In this document: piece by piece, positions 12,485 through 26,071 of the stretch
How the letters are laid out: every line of letters begins with the position of its first letter
Position numbering within the stretch: the first letter of the stretch is position 1
Source of the DNA: Octopus sinensis
Taxonomy: Eukaryota
DNA: 64,000 nucleotides
Assembly (NCBI RefSeq): GCF_006345805.1
Contig: NC_043003.1
Span: 69,192,001-69,256,000 of the forward strand
Reading direction: 5' to 3'
The notes under the pieces: model-generated
What the model was told of the DNA's origin: nothing
The model's input: only the letters and a program-made list of their open reading frames with translations
The model's database searches: none
Made by a program: the position numbers and the translations under genes

Positions 12485-12790
12485 CTGTAGTGTGGTAGCC
12501 TGTGTTCCTAAGTGACCATTAGAGCTATACCAGCGGAGTGCCAGATGCTAATAGGGCCTCCTATGCTGGACAAGTCGAAAGATAGAAACAGACAAATGGG
12601 ACAAACTTCTTCCCAGAGATAAAAATGGATTCGCTTAGAGCCAATACCCTTACCTAGAAATAAACAAAGTTACTGAACCAACTATGGCGATTCAAGAGTA
12701 GCAGGAGCTGCGAGAGGGGGAGAACCCATAGTCGAGAGCAGTGGATAAAAGACCACGATGGCCTTTGGTCCTTAGAGAGCATTTGTGTAT
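12485..12790 (+). mobile_element. Possible 5' UTR fragment of an RTE-group LINE
   Basis: GACAAGTCGAAAGATAGAAACAGAC and AGAGCCAATACCCTTACCTAG..GTTACTGAACC resemble RTE 5' UTR motifs from recall; no ORF. Confidence 0.3.
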
Positions 12791-13789
12791 GATGCTCTAC
12801 CGATCCTGCCTATCCACCGCTATTTTAATAATTGTCCCTAGTTTAGATAGAAGGCAAGAAATCTTAGACGCGTGGGTATTAGTCGAGTCCATTGACTTTA
12901 TTTTTATCTACCTCGACAGGATAAAAGAAAAATCGACCTTGGTGGAATTTGAACTTACAGAGACGGAACAAATGCTAAGAGCATTTTATCCAACATTCTA
13001 ACGATTTCTGTTAATCTACTGCACTATAATTGAAATAAAACTCATGAAGCTAAAACGCGGCCAATCAAAGACCACAGAATATTAGTTTTATCGGTTGGAG
13101 TCATATAATACTTTATATCTCAAATAAGACTTCACATCTTATAATAGAATGTTCTATAATAAGAATGGTCTTGAGATGGCAGAATAGTTATTAGTTCCAG
13201 CTTTTTACGGACTGCGTTCGTCTATTGTAATATTGTTGCTAAGCTGTATTAGCCTTTGCCTTTTCTTTGAAGCATTGGTGGTGTAGAGAGGGGTGACATT
13301 TTGCATGGGTAACTGCTGGTCGCACATAAATAAAGACCTTGCCTACGTAGGAGGAAATTAACTGCGTTAAGTTTAGAGACATTCAAGTAAGCGATGTAAT
13401 CAATTAGTTAGGTGCTGTAGAGCGTAAGTGTTAACCGTAAAGTCGATGAAAATTTGCTGGTACTTTTGCCAGGGTGGAAAGTTTTTTTTCTTTTTTCTTT
13501 CTGTTCTTTTTTTCTTTTTTCTTTCTGTTCTTTTTTTGTTTTTCTTTCTTGAATTATTTTATTCTAGGTTCGATAGTTGAAAAACAAAAAAGAAATAGTA
13601 TGATATGTCAGCGATGTCCAGTGAGTCGATAGCCACCATATTGGCACACCGTCCGGCGGTGTACATGCAAGGTTTTTTTTTTAACTTGTAATAATGTATA
13701 GTTTCTTTACTTCGCGTTCCACCCTGAAAAAACAATTTATTTCATGTTTCCTATAACTTTTTATGACATGGACCATACACTCACACACA

Positions 13790-13877
<88 letters not shown>

Positions 13878-14424
13878 TATATATATGTATATGTATGTAT
13901 GCATGTATGTATGTGTGGTGGAATGGATATCACTACCGAGGTGTATACTGGTGTTTGTATGTCTGTGGCAGCGTCAGAATAGTAGTGGATTAGTAGACTT
14001 TATCGGTCGGCTCCATAATGGTATAAATAAAGACGTTTTAATATCGATGAAATATTTGATGTTGTGATATGGTGCAGTGACCTTACCAGTGAAGTACCAT
14101 AAATAGTAGTCAGGTGGTTTAGAGACACAAACAGTTCAAAAGTGGAATAAATTGGTTTATGGTGAAGAAGACGGAACGGTGTAAATCCGTTGCTTTGGCA
14201 TGACAGGCCGTACGCACTAATTGCCGACGCAGACCGCCACTAGTTTCTTCAGATCTTTATGTTTATAGAGTAAATATAATTCACTCTACAATTTTTCTTC
14301 TCATTTTCTTTGTGTTGGTTCTTAGTCGTGTTAGATAATATAGCAAATCTACCCACACACGCGTGTATTATCCTGTATTTGTATGTATATATGTAAATGT
14401 ACATATATAGAGAGAGAGAGATAT

Positions 14425-14494
<70 letters not shown>

Positions 14495-15588
14495 CCGCAT
14501 CCGCATCACTGTTCATATTCTTATAGACAGTGAGTATCACTGGTATTTCTCCCATCAAATAAATCCACGCTGGAACGCTACTTAGTCAACACATAAAGCG
14601 CGACGGGCCACGATCGTGGCCCAGATGCATTTAATTTATGGGCGTTTGTTGGGAGTCTCATGTCATACAAACGCTCCGATAATCCCCTAGAGTTCAAGAG
14701 GACTAATAGTTCAACTAATGACTTTTCAGATGATGTAAAACTTGCCACCATTATATACTAAGAAGATATTTTAACTATTTTTTTTGTTTTTTATGTGTGC
14801 GTAGTAGTCTCATTTTCATTAAATGTGCTCAGCAGTCCATGCTATGTAAGTGCAAATAACAGCGTTTTACGGGTTAATGACCTGGTTATTTAGAATCCCA
14901 TTAGATCTCCCATTACTTTATGTGTGTATGTGTGTGTGTGTCTTTTTGTATTTGTATTTATCTCCAGCACGACTTGACAACCGGTATTGGTTTGCTTATG
15001 TCCCCGTAACAGAGCACTACAATAAGTACCAGACTTAAAAAATAAGTACTAGGATCGATTTCTTGGACTAAACTGTTTACAACCGTGCCCCAGCATGGCC
15101 GCAATCCAACGACTGAAACAAGTAAAAGAAGATTTTAAAAATGGCTAAAATTTGAAATCTAGAATTAAACAATGTTTGCACACTCCAGAAAGAGGATAAT
15201 GCATAATAATGAGCTAAACACACTAGCCTTACCAGCGTAATCATCCCCTCATCCAGACGATGATCCCAGGAAGGTCTAGAAGTATTGACGCTTGGTTTGA
15301 AAATTTTACGGTTCGAAACAAACTGCAAGGCATTTATATGTAAACTTGAAAAGCCTCCATAGAAATAGTAAAGTAGGGTTAAAGTGTAAAATGCTGACTA
15401 AGTGAATGGGTTTATACGAAGTGAGCAGAGTATATTTTGTTTGGAAACTCATATATGTGTCGATTAAAAACCCGTATATACTTTTATTCAGCCAGACATA
15501 TACCAGCCTAAATTCAGACATTCAAATATAGATGTAAAGATTTAAATTATAGCTTATGGATACAATTATATGCACACACAATACACAC

Positions 15589-15632
<44 letters not shown>

Positions 15633-15792
15633 TGCATACACAAGTGCACACACATAAGCATACAAGCACATACGCACACGAATATGTACATATTCATAAA
15701 TATATATACATATATATACATACACAAGTACACAAACACATATGCATACGAATACGTATGTATACACACACACACATACACAAACACACACG

Positions 15793-15847
<55 letters not shown>

Positions 15848-16361
15848 ATATGCGTGTTTATGTAAACGTATGTTTATTTATATATGTGTGTGTGTATATA
15901 AATATATAGACACAGACATATACATATATATATAAGCGACACATATATATGTGCGTATGTTTTTATATATATATATATATATACACACACACATTACGCC
16001 ACATTATACTGAAAGAAAATGGAACTAATTTTATATTCAATAGCGATATGAATTGTTATGCCGCTTATCAGTTCAACCGATAATTCAACTTTATTGAATT
16101 CAAATATTCCGGATACAAAATATCGAAACCATTTCAAAAAAATTGATCTTTCCAACTTATTTATTTTTTAAAAAATTGTCTGGTATATTATTATGTTTAT
16201 TTGCTGACCGATCGGAATACACATCGCCTCTTCAATTTTCAAACATTAACCATTTATTTCTTAACCGTTAGAATATTCCCTTTATTTTTCTTAAAACCTT
16301 TCGTATGATTCTTGAAACTACACATGATCCCCTCTTTGATTACCTTTCCTTCACTCTATAC

Positions 16362-18520
16362 CAGGGGTGGGCGAACTTTTTTGATCGCGGGCCGCACAGT
16401 GCGTCTTTGGAACCTTGGCGGGCCTCATTTATAAAAATCAAGTGAAAATATTCTTAAAGGCGGTTATAGACCTATAAACACACAATTGATTGAAAGGAAA
16501 TTTTGTGAAATATTCCTGGTTTAAGTGATTTAATATATTTTTTAGAGTATCGGGTTCATGTTTTTCGGTTATTTGCTCCTATAGTTGAAATTATTACAGG
16601 AACCTCGGTTATTTTGGACAGCCTGTTATTACTTACAAATTGCCAGGAACGGAATTTTCCTAGTAAAATCTGCACTAATTGTGGACAACCACCTCTTACT
16701 ATTATGGACAACCATGATGAATATTATACTTAAATTCTAGGATACCCAAAATAAAAGATTTTAAAGAGAAATAACAGTTTATTAATATGAATTGATATCT
16801 GAAATTAGAAACGTCACCTGAAGCATTTATTTGAAAAACAAAGCGGTTCTGTAAATAACAATGTCAATGAGAATGATGCAGTTGACTATTGTCATTTACC
16901 AGTTGGTCAAAATTAGGTGTCAAGTTGCTTGTGCTGATTCTTAACACTGACTGAAGATTTGAGTCTGTGAGAAGTGATCGATTCTTCCCCTTGTTAATTT
17001 TCATGATGGAGAAAGTCTGCTCACATATGTAAGTTGATGCAAACAACACAAACATCTTTCTTGAAAATTTTTTTAGATTTTGAAACTTTTTTGAATGTAG
17101 AGAAGCATAAAACTCGACCAGTGGTTTACTTTCAAACATCATCTTTAAAGAATTGTCGGCTTGCAAATGAATCAGTTCTATCTGCAGTTCCTCGGTAGTT
17201 GTTTCAATGTCACAGGCAAGAGGTGAGTTAAGCAAATCGAACAGGCCTTCAACTGCCTTGAAATCAGCAAATCTTCTAATGAATTCCTTTTATAAAGCCA
17301 TCAACTGGGAACTGTACTTGTCCGCTGATTCTTGTGTAACAGACTGTGTTTTCAGCAGAGGGAAGTGAATAAATTTTTGCTCATTCAGCTGCTTGGCAAA
17401 AAGTCCAAGCTTCCATTGAAGAGCTTTCACTTCCAGGTACAATTCATGATCAAATATACCTTTGCCTTGCAGTTTTGTGTTAAGTTCATTCAACTTCTGC
17501 ATTATGTCCACAGCAAATGCAAAATCACAAACCCATTCGTCACTCTCCATTTCGTTTAAAAAGTCACAGGAGATGTCTTGCATTTTGAGAAACATAAGAA
17601 TCTCTGCTTTGAGGTCCCATACTCTCTTAAGAACTTTTCCAATGCTTAACCAGCGGACATTTGTGTAGTACAGCACATCAGTAAAATCAGCCTCCACATC
17701 CTCCAAGAAACTTCGGAATTGCCTGTGTTTCAATCCCCGTGATCTTATTAAATTCACTGCACGCACCACAGTTCGATGACATGTTTGAGTTTTAAGATGA
17801 CTTACAAAGGCTTTCTTGATGTATGATGCAGTGAAAAGACAACACACTGTGTAGTGGAAAATCTTCTTTGATTTTATCATTCAACAACTTCACAAGGCCG
17901 GAATGTTTACCGGTGAGTGAAGGAGCTCCATCGGTTGTAATGCTGGCCAGTTTATTTAGGGTTAATCCAGACCTGATTGAACTGTTAATGACACTGTTAA
18001 ACAAATCTTTTCCAGTAGTAGTGTCTTTGAGAGACTCCATAGATAACAATTCCTCTGTAATTTCAAAGTTTTCGTCAATTCCTCTGATGTAAATGAGTAA
18101 CTGAGCAGTATCCTGAATATCAGTACTCTCATCTAAAGCAATAGAAAACCACTGAAATCGACCACTGGCTGTTAACAGCTGTTCATGAATATTCACGGCA
18201 ATTGCATCAATGCGACGAACAATAGTTCTTCGTGACAGGGAAATGGCTTCTACTTTTGACTTAACTTCAGGACACACAACGCTGACAGCATCAACCATAC
18301 AATCTTTGACAAATTCTGCTTCTGCGAATGACTTGTTTTGCTTTGCAATTTTGTTGGCCAATATAAAACTTGCCTTTGTCGCGTTCCTTTGTAAAGAGGG
18401 AGTTTTATCAAGCACATTTTGCTGTTGCTTCAAACGTTTTGTCAGATCATTTGCTTTCTTTTGCAGTTCTTGTTTTGATAAATTGTGTCCAAAATTGGCG
18501 TGCTTCGTTTGAAAGTGGCG
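16362..18520 (-). mobile_element. hAT (Charlie/SPIN, GTF2IRD2-like) DNA transposon, one TIR retained, other end lost
   Basis: TIR CAGGGGTGGGCGAACT at 16362, preceded by the 8-mer CTCTATAC (NNNTANNN-type target); transposase on the minus strand. Confidence 0.92.
16864..18520 (-). pseudogene. hAT transposase (5'-truncated; one frameshift near 17800; one nonsense codon at 17290)
   Basis: RHFQTKH, LSRRTIVRRI, FSIALDESTD, TTDGAPS, HCIIHQESL, VRWLS, FASTYICEQTFS; all three DDE residues and the C-terminal dimerisation region are present. Confidence 0.93.
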
Positions 18521-18617
18521 TATAGAGTCTATACTTTCTTTCCACCTAATACATACAAGCACACACACACATACACACACACACCAACACACACACACAC
18601 AAGCATACATATATATA

Positions 18618-18659
<42 letters not shown>

Positions 18660-20269
18660 CAGAGTTTGTGTGTCTGTGTGTGGTGCTTATGTTCCTTATG
18701 GATTCGAAAACTGAGTTGCCGATTTTGACGTAGAAGCTATCAAAAGATTCAGTAATCTTTCGGCTACCAACTATGCTTTTTGAACAACTCTTTTTTACAA
18801 CAAAAATAACTTCGAAAACGTGGTCGGATCGCACAATTTTGAGATAATTTCCGGGCAATATTTGGATTTGCTTCTAATCTACGTTGCCAAACTTTATGTT
18901 TTTGATGTCGAAAAATGCAGCAATACATAAGGAGTGCTATGAGTGCACTTGTGATATACAAAACCCTATATGTCAACGGAAAATGTGAATAGAAATATTT
19001 TAATAATTACTGGGACATTTTCCGTCAATAATGGCCTTTGTACCACAACTAAACTGCCAATGTGAACGTCTTCAGTATTCCATGATTAAACAATTTCTTT
19101 GAAGTACCGTGATACTGTTTCTTTGCACAAAGCCCTAATTTTCAACAGAAAATTGACCAATGAACCGTGTTCTGGCATAATTGTGATCGTTTCTGACATT
19201 ACTACCGAAAACAATTTGTCCATGTAGATTTTCTTGGTAGCAAATGACTCAGGAATGTAAAAGGAACGTTCTCAGGTTAAAATTCAATAAAATTTCCCGA
19301 AGGATTAACCACAGTAACAGCACGTGAAGCAATGACTGAAACCTTTCAAGTTTTTCTCTTTTTTTTTTTTTGCCTTTAACATTTTTCTCTTTATTCAACC
19401 CAATTTATGCAAAGTTGCTTATCGTTATTAGTATATATTCATGCCTATTATTCATTCCATAAGCTGTAAAGTCCGTAAAGATTATGCTACAATCTCCTTA
19501 TTTTTCACAGTGGTTGAGCGTGTACTATAACATAGGTGGTGCGATGGAAAACAAATTTCTGACCTGATAACCTCAGTGAAGACAACAACAACACCACGCA
19601 TCTATGCGAGGGCAAATTAAGGTCACATACGCACATGAGTCCGCCCACGGTGTGTGTCCTTTCATTGGTCGTGATGCACACCATGTTCACTGAGTGGCAC
19701 AATTTCAAATCAATTTTTCCTTATCAGAGACATGTACTGCAATACCAGTTTTATATTTTCTACGGATTGCTTAGAGTCATAGTTACACCCACCGTTTACC
19801 CGCACTTGGTTGAATTTCTTCACTTTCACATTCAGAGCATTGGGCAGAAATCACATCACGTCTGTGCAGCCTGGCTGGCTACTCGATGCTCAGTCGGATT
19901 CCCTCGGTCCGTACCAGTTCCGAGGCGACGGATCGCCGCCGGTTGAACGCCTGCCGTGCGTCGCTTCGACCGACTCCATGCGAGGAGGAGCCAGGCGCAC
20001 CGACGAAAGATCATCGATGATCTGACTATGTCAGCTTCTGTAGGCAGCTTGTTTCCCTTGTCAGCCCATTAAGATAATGCTTCTGTGGCTATTGAGTTAA
20101 TTTGGCTCTTATTTCTAGCAATACTGGTGCGGATCAGTGCCTTTTATAAACTTTAGTGACGTATATATTTCTGCCTTTAGGTTGTAAAATTGCGAATAAG
20201 CCACCCATATCATTTATAATTTTCACTTTTACCGTTTATGAAATCAGCGACCGACCTCCTCGCGCTATC

Positions 20270-20505
20270 TCGCCTGACATTGTCGTCGGAGATGCTTTTG
20301 TTGTGCTTTTGGGCCAGATTGCTTCACTCACTCACAATATGTAAAACTGTTTCGTTTCTGCTCCCACGCATCTTACAAAAGGGCGATTCACTGCTCTTAT
20401 CTATTTGGTGTAATTAGTTCTCAGAGCTTGTTCCTGGGCGCTACATATCAATGTCTCGGTGCCTCGTTTCAGATCACTTTTTCTTAGCCATCTCCAACTG
20501 TTGAT
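20270..20505 (-). pseudogene. R4/Dong-type LINE fragment (pre-knuckle region and CCHC knuckle)
   Basis: SWRWLRKSDLKRGTETLICSAQEQALRTN.. then, after a frameshift, PFCKMRGSRNETVLHIVSE*SNLAQK. Confidence 0.8.
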
Positions 20506-20526
20506 CTTTGATCAACCAACTGTTGA

Positions 20527-21090
20527 TTCGGACACATCATAAACAGTTGTCCGAAAATGTCATCACGGTATTATCAACCAATGAGACATGACTTTGTAGC
20601 TAGGACACTCTATAATGAAATCCATCGGAAGGATAACTCCGAGGACAAAGAAATAAGAACCCACAATATGGTAGAATCCATAGCCACTCATAATAAAAAG
20701 GAATAGTGGTGGAATGTACAAGTGAAGACCTCAACAAAATGTAAGCACAACAGACTTGATATAATGATTTGGGATAGAGAAGGGAAACTGTGCATAGTAG
20801 TGGAAATTAGCTGCCCAGCGGATGTTAACACAAAGTTGAAAATCAGTGAAAAAGAGAGCACCTATGCTGAACTATTGAGAAATCTGCAGTTACTCTATCC
20901 AGATTACAAGGCCAGGTTTGTGCCTTTATTTACTGGGGCCCTGGGATTTGTAACACACTGCCTAAATATCAATCTTGAGAAATTAGGCTTCTCAAAACCG
21001 GAAAGGAGAAAGCTAATTCGAAGACTACAGATCCAATCCATCACTGGAACTGTAAAAATCTGTAAAACTTTCCAGAAGTTTATCATTTAA
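20527..21090 (+). pseudogene. 3' fragment of an R4-type LINE (restriction-like endonuclease)
   Basis: HIINSCPKMSSRYY.PMRHDFVAR..WWNVQVKTSTKCKHNRLDIMIWD..CIVVEISCPADVN..FVPLFTGALG..LQIQSITGTVKICKTF; one in-frame stop. Confidence 0.85.
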
Positions 21091-21828
21091 ATATATAAGA
21101 GCATGTCTAGATATGGAACTATATGCATGAAAGTACATACATAAAACATACATACATACATACATACATACATACATACATACATACATACATACATACA
21201 TACATACATACATACAAACAAAGAAAAATACCCTGTTGTTGATGTTGAACTTCAATGAAGAAGCCTTGGATGTAGGTTACAAACCGGTTCTTTCTCTATT
21301 GGCAAGAAATCTTGAAATAAACTGAATAAAGACATACATGCATTCATACATACGTTCGTACATACATACATACATACATACATACATACATACATACATA
21401 CATACATACATACACACATACTATATACATACATACCTATATTATGTTATATTTTGTGCAGTGTACGTTACAGAATCATTTAGAATGCTGTATTGCACTT
21501 TAAAAGACATTTGAATTATACAAATTTATATTTCACTAAAAACAGAAAAAAGAATTAGATAAATATTATGAGCAAAGCCAGTTAAAACTCTCAGAAAGGT
21601 TATCAATATATCCAGACCATCGTTTTTATTAATATGAGCTGAAACTAAAACTGCTGAATGTGTAAAACGGAATTGATTAGGTAAGCCTTTCAAGTTGAAA
21701 GTTAATTCAATTACATATATCGATATCTGGTTTTTTCACTGAAGCTTTTGTTTCCGCTTGACCATTTATTTATCTCTAAATACATCCATGCAGCAATAAC
21801 GTAACACACGTAAATAGGCATAATATAT

Positions 21829-21900
<72 letters not shown>

Positions 21901-21904
21901 ATAA

Positions 21905-21937
<33 letters not shown>

Positions 21938-22354
21938 GTATGTATGTATGTATGTATATATATTTATATACATATATATATACATATACATATACATATA
22001 TATATATATATATACATATACATGCATATATGCATATACATATATATGTATATGTATGTATGTATGTATGTATATGTATATGTATATATACACATACACA
22101 TACTCACATACATATATAGTGTGTAGAAATACATGATATGTTTCGCTGAAAGAAGCTAACGATTTAACGAACGTATACGGGTTCAGACACACATACACAC
22201 ACACACATATGAAATATTATACAATGTGTGTGTGTGTGTGTTTGTTTTGTTGGTGGATGTTTGTGAACGTCTACATTTTCTTTAGTTTCTCATCACGTTT
22301 TAGCGACTCGCAGCCTTCTAATTTTTCTATCTATCAATCTATCTATCTATCTTA

Positions 22355-22386
<32 letters not shown>

Positions 22387-22704
22387 TCATAAGTATATGT
22401 AATACGTATATACTGTACGCACACACACACACATACACACATACACACACACACACACATATACATATATATAAACATATATATAAATCTATATTAGTGC
22501 ACACAGGATACAAGCTACTAACAGTTTGTTGCTATGAGGACACGTGTCTAGTAGGATTTTATAACATGCCTCATGTCTTCAAGCAAACTACTGTTTCTGA
22601 ACATATGGTATAGTTTTCATGAAGCATTGTTACACACACATACACACAAACGCGCGCGCATGCACACACACACACACACACACATATACATACTTTTATT
22701 CTTT

Positions 22705-23093
22705 TATTCTTTTATTTATTTGAGTCATGTAACTGCGGCCATGCCTGTTCACTGCCTTCAAAGGTTCTAGTCAAACAAATCAATGTCAGGATTTATTTTT
22801 TAAGTCGAGTGCTTATTCTATCGCTCTCTTTTGCCGAACCGCTAAATTAAAGGGCCGTAAACACACCAACAGCGGTTGTCAAGCGGTGATGGAGGGACAA
22901 ATACAGATGTGGACATATATATATATAAACGACGGGGTACTTTCAGTTTCCGTCTACCAAATCCACTCACAAGGCTTTGGTCAGCCCGAGGCTATCGTAG
23001 AAGACAATTCCCCAAGGTACTTCACTGTGGGACTGAACCCGAAACCATATGGTTGGGAAGCAAGCTACTTACCACACACCCACTCCTGCGCCT
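22705..23093 (-). mobile_element. Full-length family B SINE with internal microsatellite
   Basis: Head (minus strand AGGCGCAGGAGTGG..GTGGTAAG), internal (TA)n, tail ..CATGGCCGCAG.TAC.TGACTCAA. Confidence 0.85.
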
Positions 23094-23410
23094 GAAATAA
23101 TATATATATATATATATACAGAGAGAGAGAGAGTGAGTTAGCGTTTGTAGTAACCAACTAAGGGATAAAATATCCGTATATACTATGAGTATCTGTTACT
23201 TGTGTTAGCCAAGGCCAATAGTGTGCAGGGACATCATATTCGTCGAGCGCAGGTAAGGAGAGGATAAAGAAAAGTTTACCAGGAGCCAATGCAAAAATTT
23301 AGAAAACGGAGTCTTGCATTGTATCAATAAATATGCTTTTAAAATATACTCCTATCGATGCACTGGTTAATCTATGTTTTTCGCCCTTTTCTAATTATAT
23401 GTATATATAT

Positions 23411-23630
23411 TCTTTTATTCGTTTCAGTCATTTGACTGAGGCCATGTTGGAGAACCGCCTTTAGTAGAACAAATCGACCCCAGGATTTATTTTTGTAAGC
23501 CTAGTACTTATTTTATCGGCCTCTTTCGCCGAACCGCTAGGTTACGAGGACGTAAACACACCCGCATCGGTTGTCAAACGATGTTGGGGAGACAGACACA
23601 CAAATACATACACACACACATACACACACG

Positions 23631-23664
<34 letters not shown>

Positions 23665-23866
23665 CATACATACATACATACATACATACATACATACATA
23701 CATACATACATACTACGGCTTCTTTCAGTTTCCGTCTACCAAATCCACTCACAAGGCTTTGGTTGGCCCGAGGCTATAGTAGAAGACACTCGCCCAAGGT
23801 GCCAGGCAGTGGGACTGAACCCGGAACCATGTGGTTGGTAAGCAAGCTACTTACCACACTGCCACT
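23411..23866 (-). mobile_element. Full-length family B SINE with internal microsatellite
   Basis: Same head/microsatellite/tail layout as 49481-49915 and 56436-56865. Confidence 0.9.
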
Positions 23867-24284
23867 ATTTATCCTCTATATAATAGAGGATTTTTTTTTA
23901 ATTTTATCAATGGCCAGCATATAAAATTATACCAATTAAGGTGAAAATTATATGTATAATTGTAAGGGATTATAAAATTTTCTAGCTTATATGCTGAAAA
24001 ATAGACACTAAATCGTCTCACCACTCAAAGAAGTCATAAACACAAGTGTTGAATTCGACGCAACAAGCTAACTTAAATTGTTAATAAAGTAGATAGTTCT
24101 GTATTTGCCTAATTTCTGGGTTTCCCTAAAGGCTCTTCCGTCTTCAGTAGAATGCACTAACAGAAATAAACGAAATATTTATATATACTCACAGGAAAAC
24201 AAAACGCAAAGCCACATATACATATAAATAGCCCATATATCTTTCGAAGATATACAGAACTATTTTATTAAAAATTTCCGTTAG

Positions 24285-24880
24285 ATTGTTGCGTCGAATT
24301 CAGCACGTTCTGTTTTTGATTCGACGGTCATTCAGAATGCTCACAGCAGCCATATTCCTACCGCTCTATGTCACGCTGGTGAGACCTATATTGGAGTACG
24401 GGATTCAAGCCTCTTCTCCTTATCTCCTCAAAGACATACATCATCTCGAAAGAGCCCAGAAGCTGGCTACCCACATGGTTCTTGGTCTCAAACATTTGTC
24501 TTATGAAGAAAGGCTGAAGACGCTGGTGGTCTCATTCTCGCTCACAACATCATAAGCGGAAAGTGTAACCTCTCGAAAGAGCTGTTCGTCACTCCTGCTC
24601 CAGAGCGTCGGCTGCGGGGTCACTCCGAAAAGCTCTATCTGCGATGATTTCATCTCAATCGAAGGAGAGGGGCTTTCTCCGTCCGGGTTGCGGATCCGTG
24701 GAATAAGCTCCCGGACGAGATAGTGAAGATGCCGACGACCGCTCGGTTCAAAGTCTCTCTTGACAAGAAATGGCCTGAACTCTTTGCATGAACACCCTCC
24801 CTGTGCATAACTTTATGTCCCCCTACATGGCCTTGCTTTTTGCTTTTTGAGCCAAAAAATTAACTTAACCTAACTTAACG
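24285..24880 (+). mobile_element. 5'-truncated CR1 LINE
   Basis: LYVTLVRPILEYGIQASSPYL.KDI..LERAQKLAT..LSYEERL; RLRGHSEKL; FSVRVADPWNKLPDEIV; TTAAC-repeat tail. Confidence 0.9.
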
Positions 24881-26071
24881 TTTGTTTGTGACTTCTTTGA
24901 ATGGTGAGACGACTTAGCGTTATTTCTTCTCATATAAGGCAGAAAATTTGTCTAAGTTCTTATTATAATTATACGGAGGATGGCAGCTGTTGCTTTTTCA
25001 TAAAAATGTGGCAGCTTCAAAACAAAGCATTGTGGGTTTTGTTGGATGGTTTAGTGTTGTTACGCATGCTACAACGTACACCTGTTCAGGCGGTAACGTC
25101 GACTTGATTGAGGGAGACAGCTAATGAACGGCACATGAAACGAATCATTTGCGCAGCTTTTTCAGCAAGAAGCTGCAATACCATCTTTCTTGAACTACGA
25201 GAGACAACCATGGCTTGTATAGATAAAACTTACTTGGAAAAGGATGCGTGGCTTTCGATCATGCAATAATATATAAATATATGCATATATACATACATTT
25301 ATGTACATACCTACATATATGTGTATATATACATGCATATATGGGTACAGGACATAAAAAAACGTAGACAGAATGTGAAACGAGAACATAAAAAAACAAA
25401 CACGAACTTTTATCGAACAAAAAAAACTGTGAAACGAGACATGCAGCATAAAGAACATTCTCTTCATCAGTTGTCTCCTGCTTTACTACTCCATGTTTCG
25501 AAGGGAAGGACAAGACGCGACTTCGTTAAAGCAGTACTTCCCGCAAAGCCATTTAAATAGAATCTGGGATCATTTGCGGAGGGTGAAAGTGGTAACAAGA
25601 ACAGGACAGTGAGAACAAAACAGTAAAAACAAACGATGAGGGTTGTGAAGCCAAGACGATGTGAAGCGGTGAACGCTGGAAAAACGAGCTTTAAGAAGAG
25701 ACAGATAAAAGCACGTCTTGTCTTTAGGTTTGTATATTTGTTGATAACTCAACGGTGATATAAAAATATCAAAAATTGTATGCATTTCTCTGCGGAGAGT
25801 AATTTTATTCTACGGACCTCCGTAATAACGTCCCAGTACATTTCTACTGAGACACTCTGCTCGAGGAGAGATTAAGCATACAGAGATTATTTCTGGAGTT
25901 GTCTGTTCTGGGTTACATCAGTTCTCTTTCATCATCCATAGTATGGTGCTTATCTATTTCTATGCATTGGACTGTAAACAATGTACAAAATATAGTAACT
26001 ACACAATCCATATTGCAGCAGTGAGATGTTAATTGACTTACTGAAGGACGACATTTCCCCTTATCCAAATT

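Noticed and set aside
13469-13727. 10-bp inverted pair CAGGGTGGAA / TTCCACCCTG suggesting a hAT MITE
   Set aside because: No matching 8-bp TSD, and the repeat is short enough to arise by chance.
14605-14622. Perfect 18-bp palindrome GGGCCACGATCGTGGCCC
   Set aside because: Real but isolated; no second copy or context to suggest a function.
25455-25545. Hammerhead-like pieces on the minus strand (TTAACGA..CTTCGAAAC, and a separate CTGATGA)
   Set aside because: Stems I and II could not be built consistently in either permutation.
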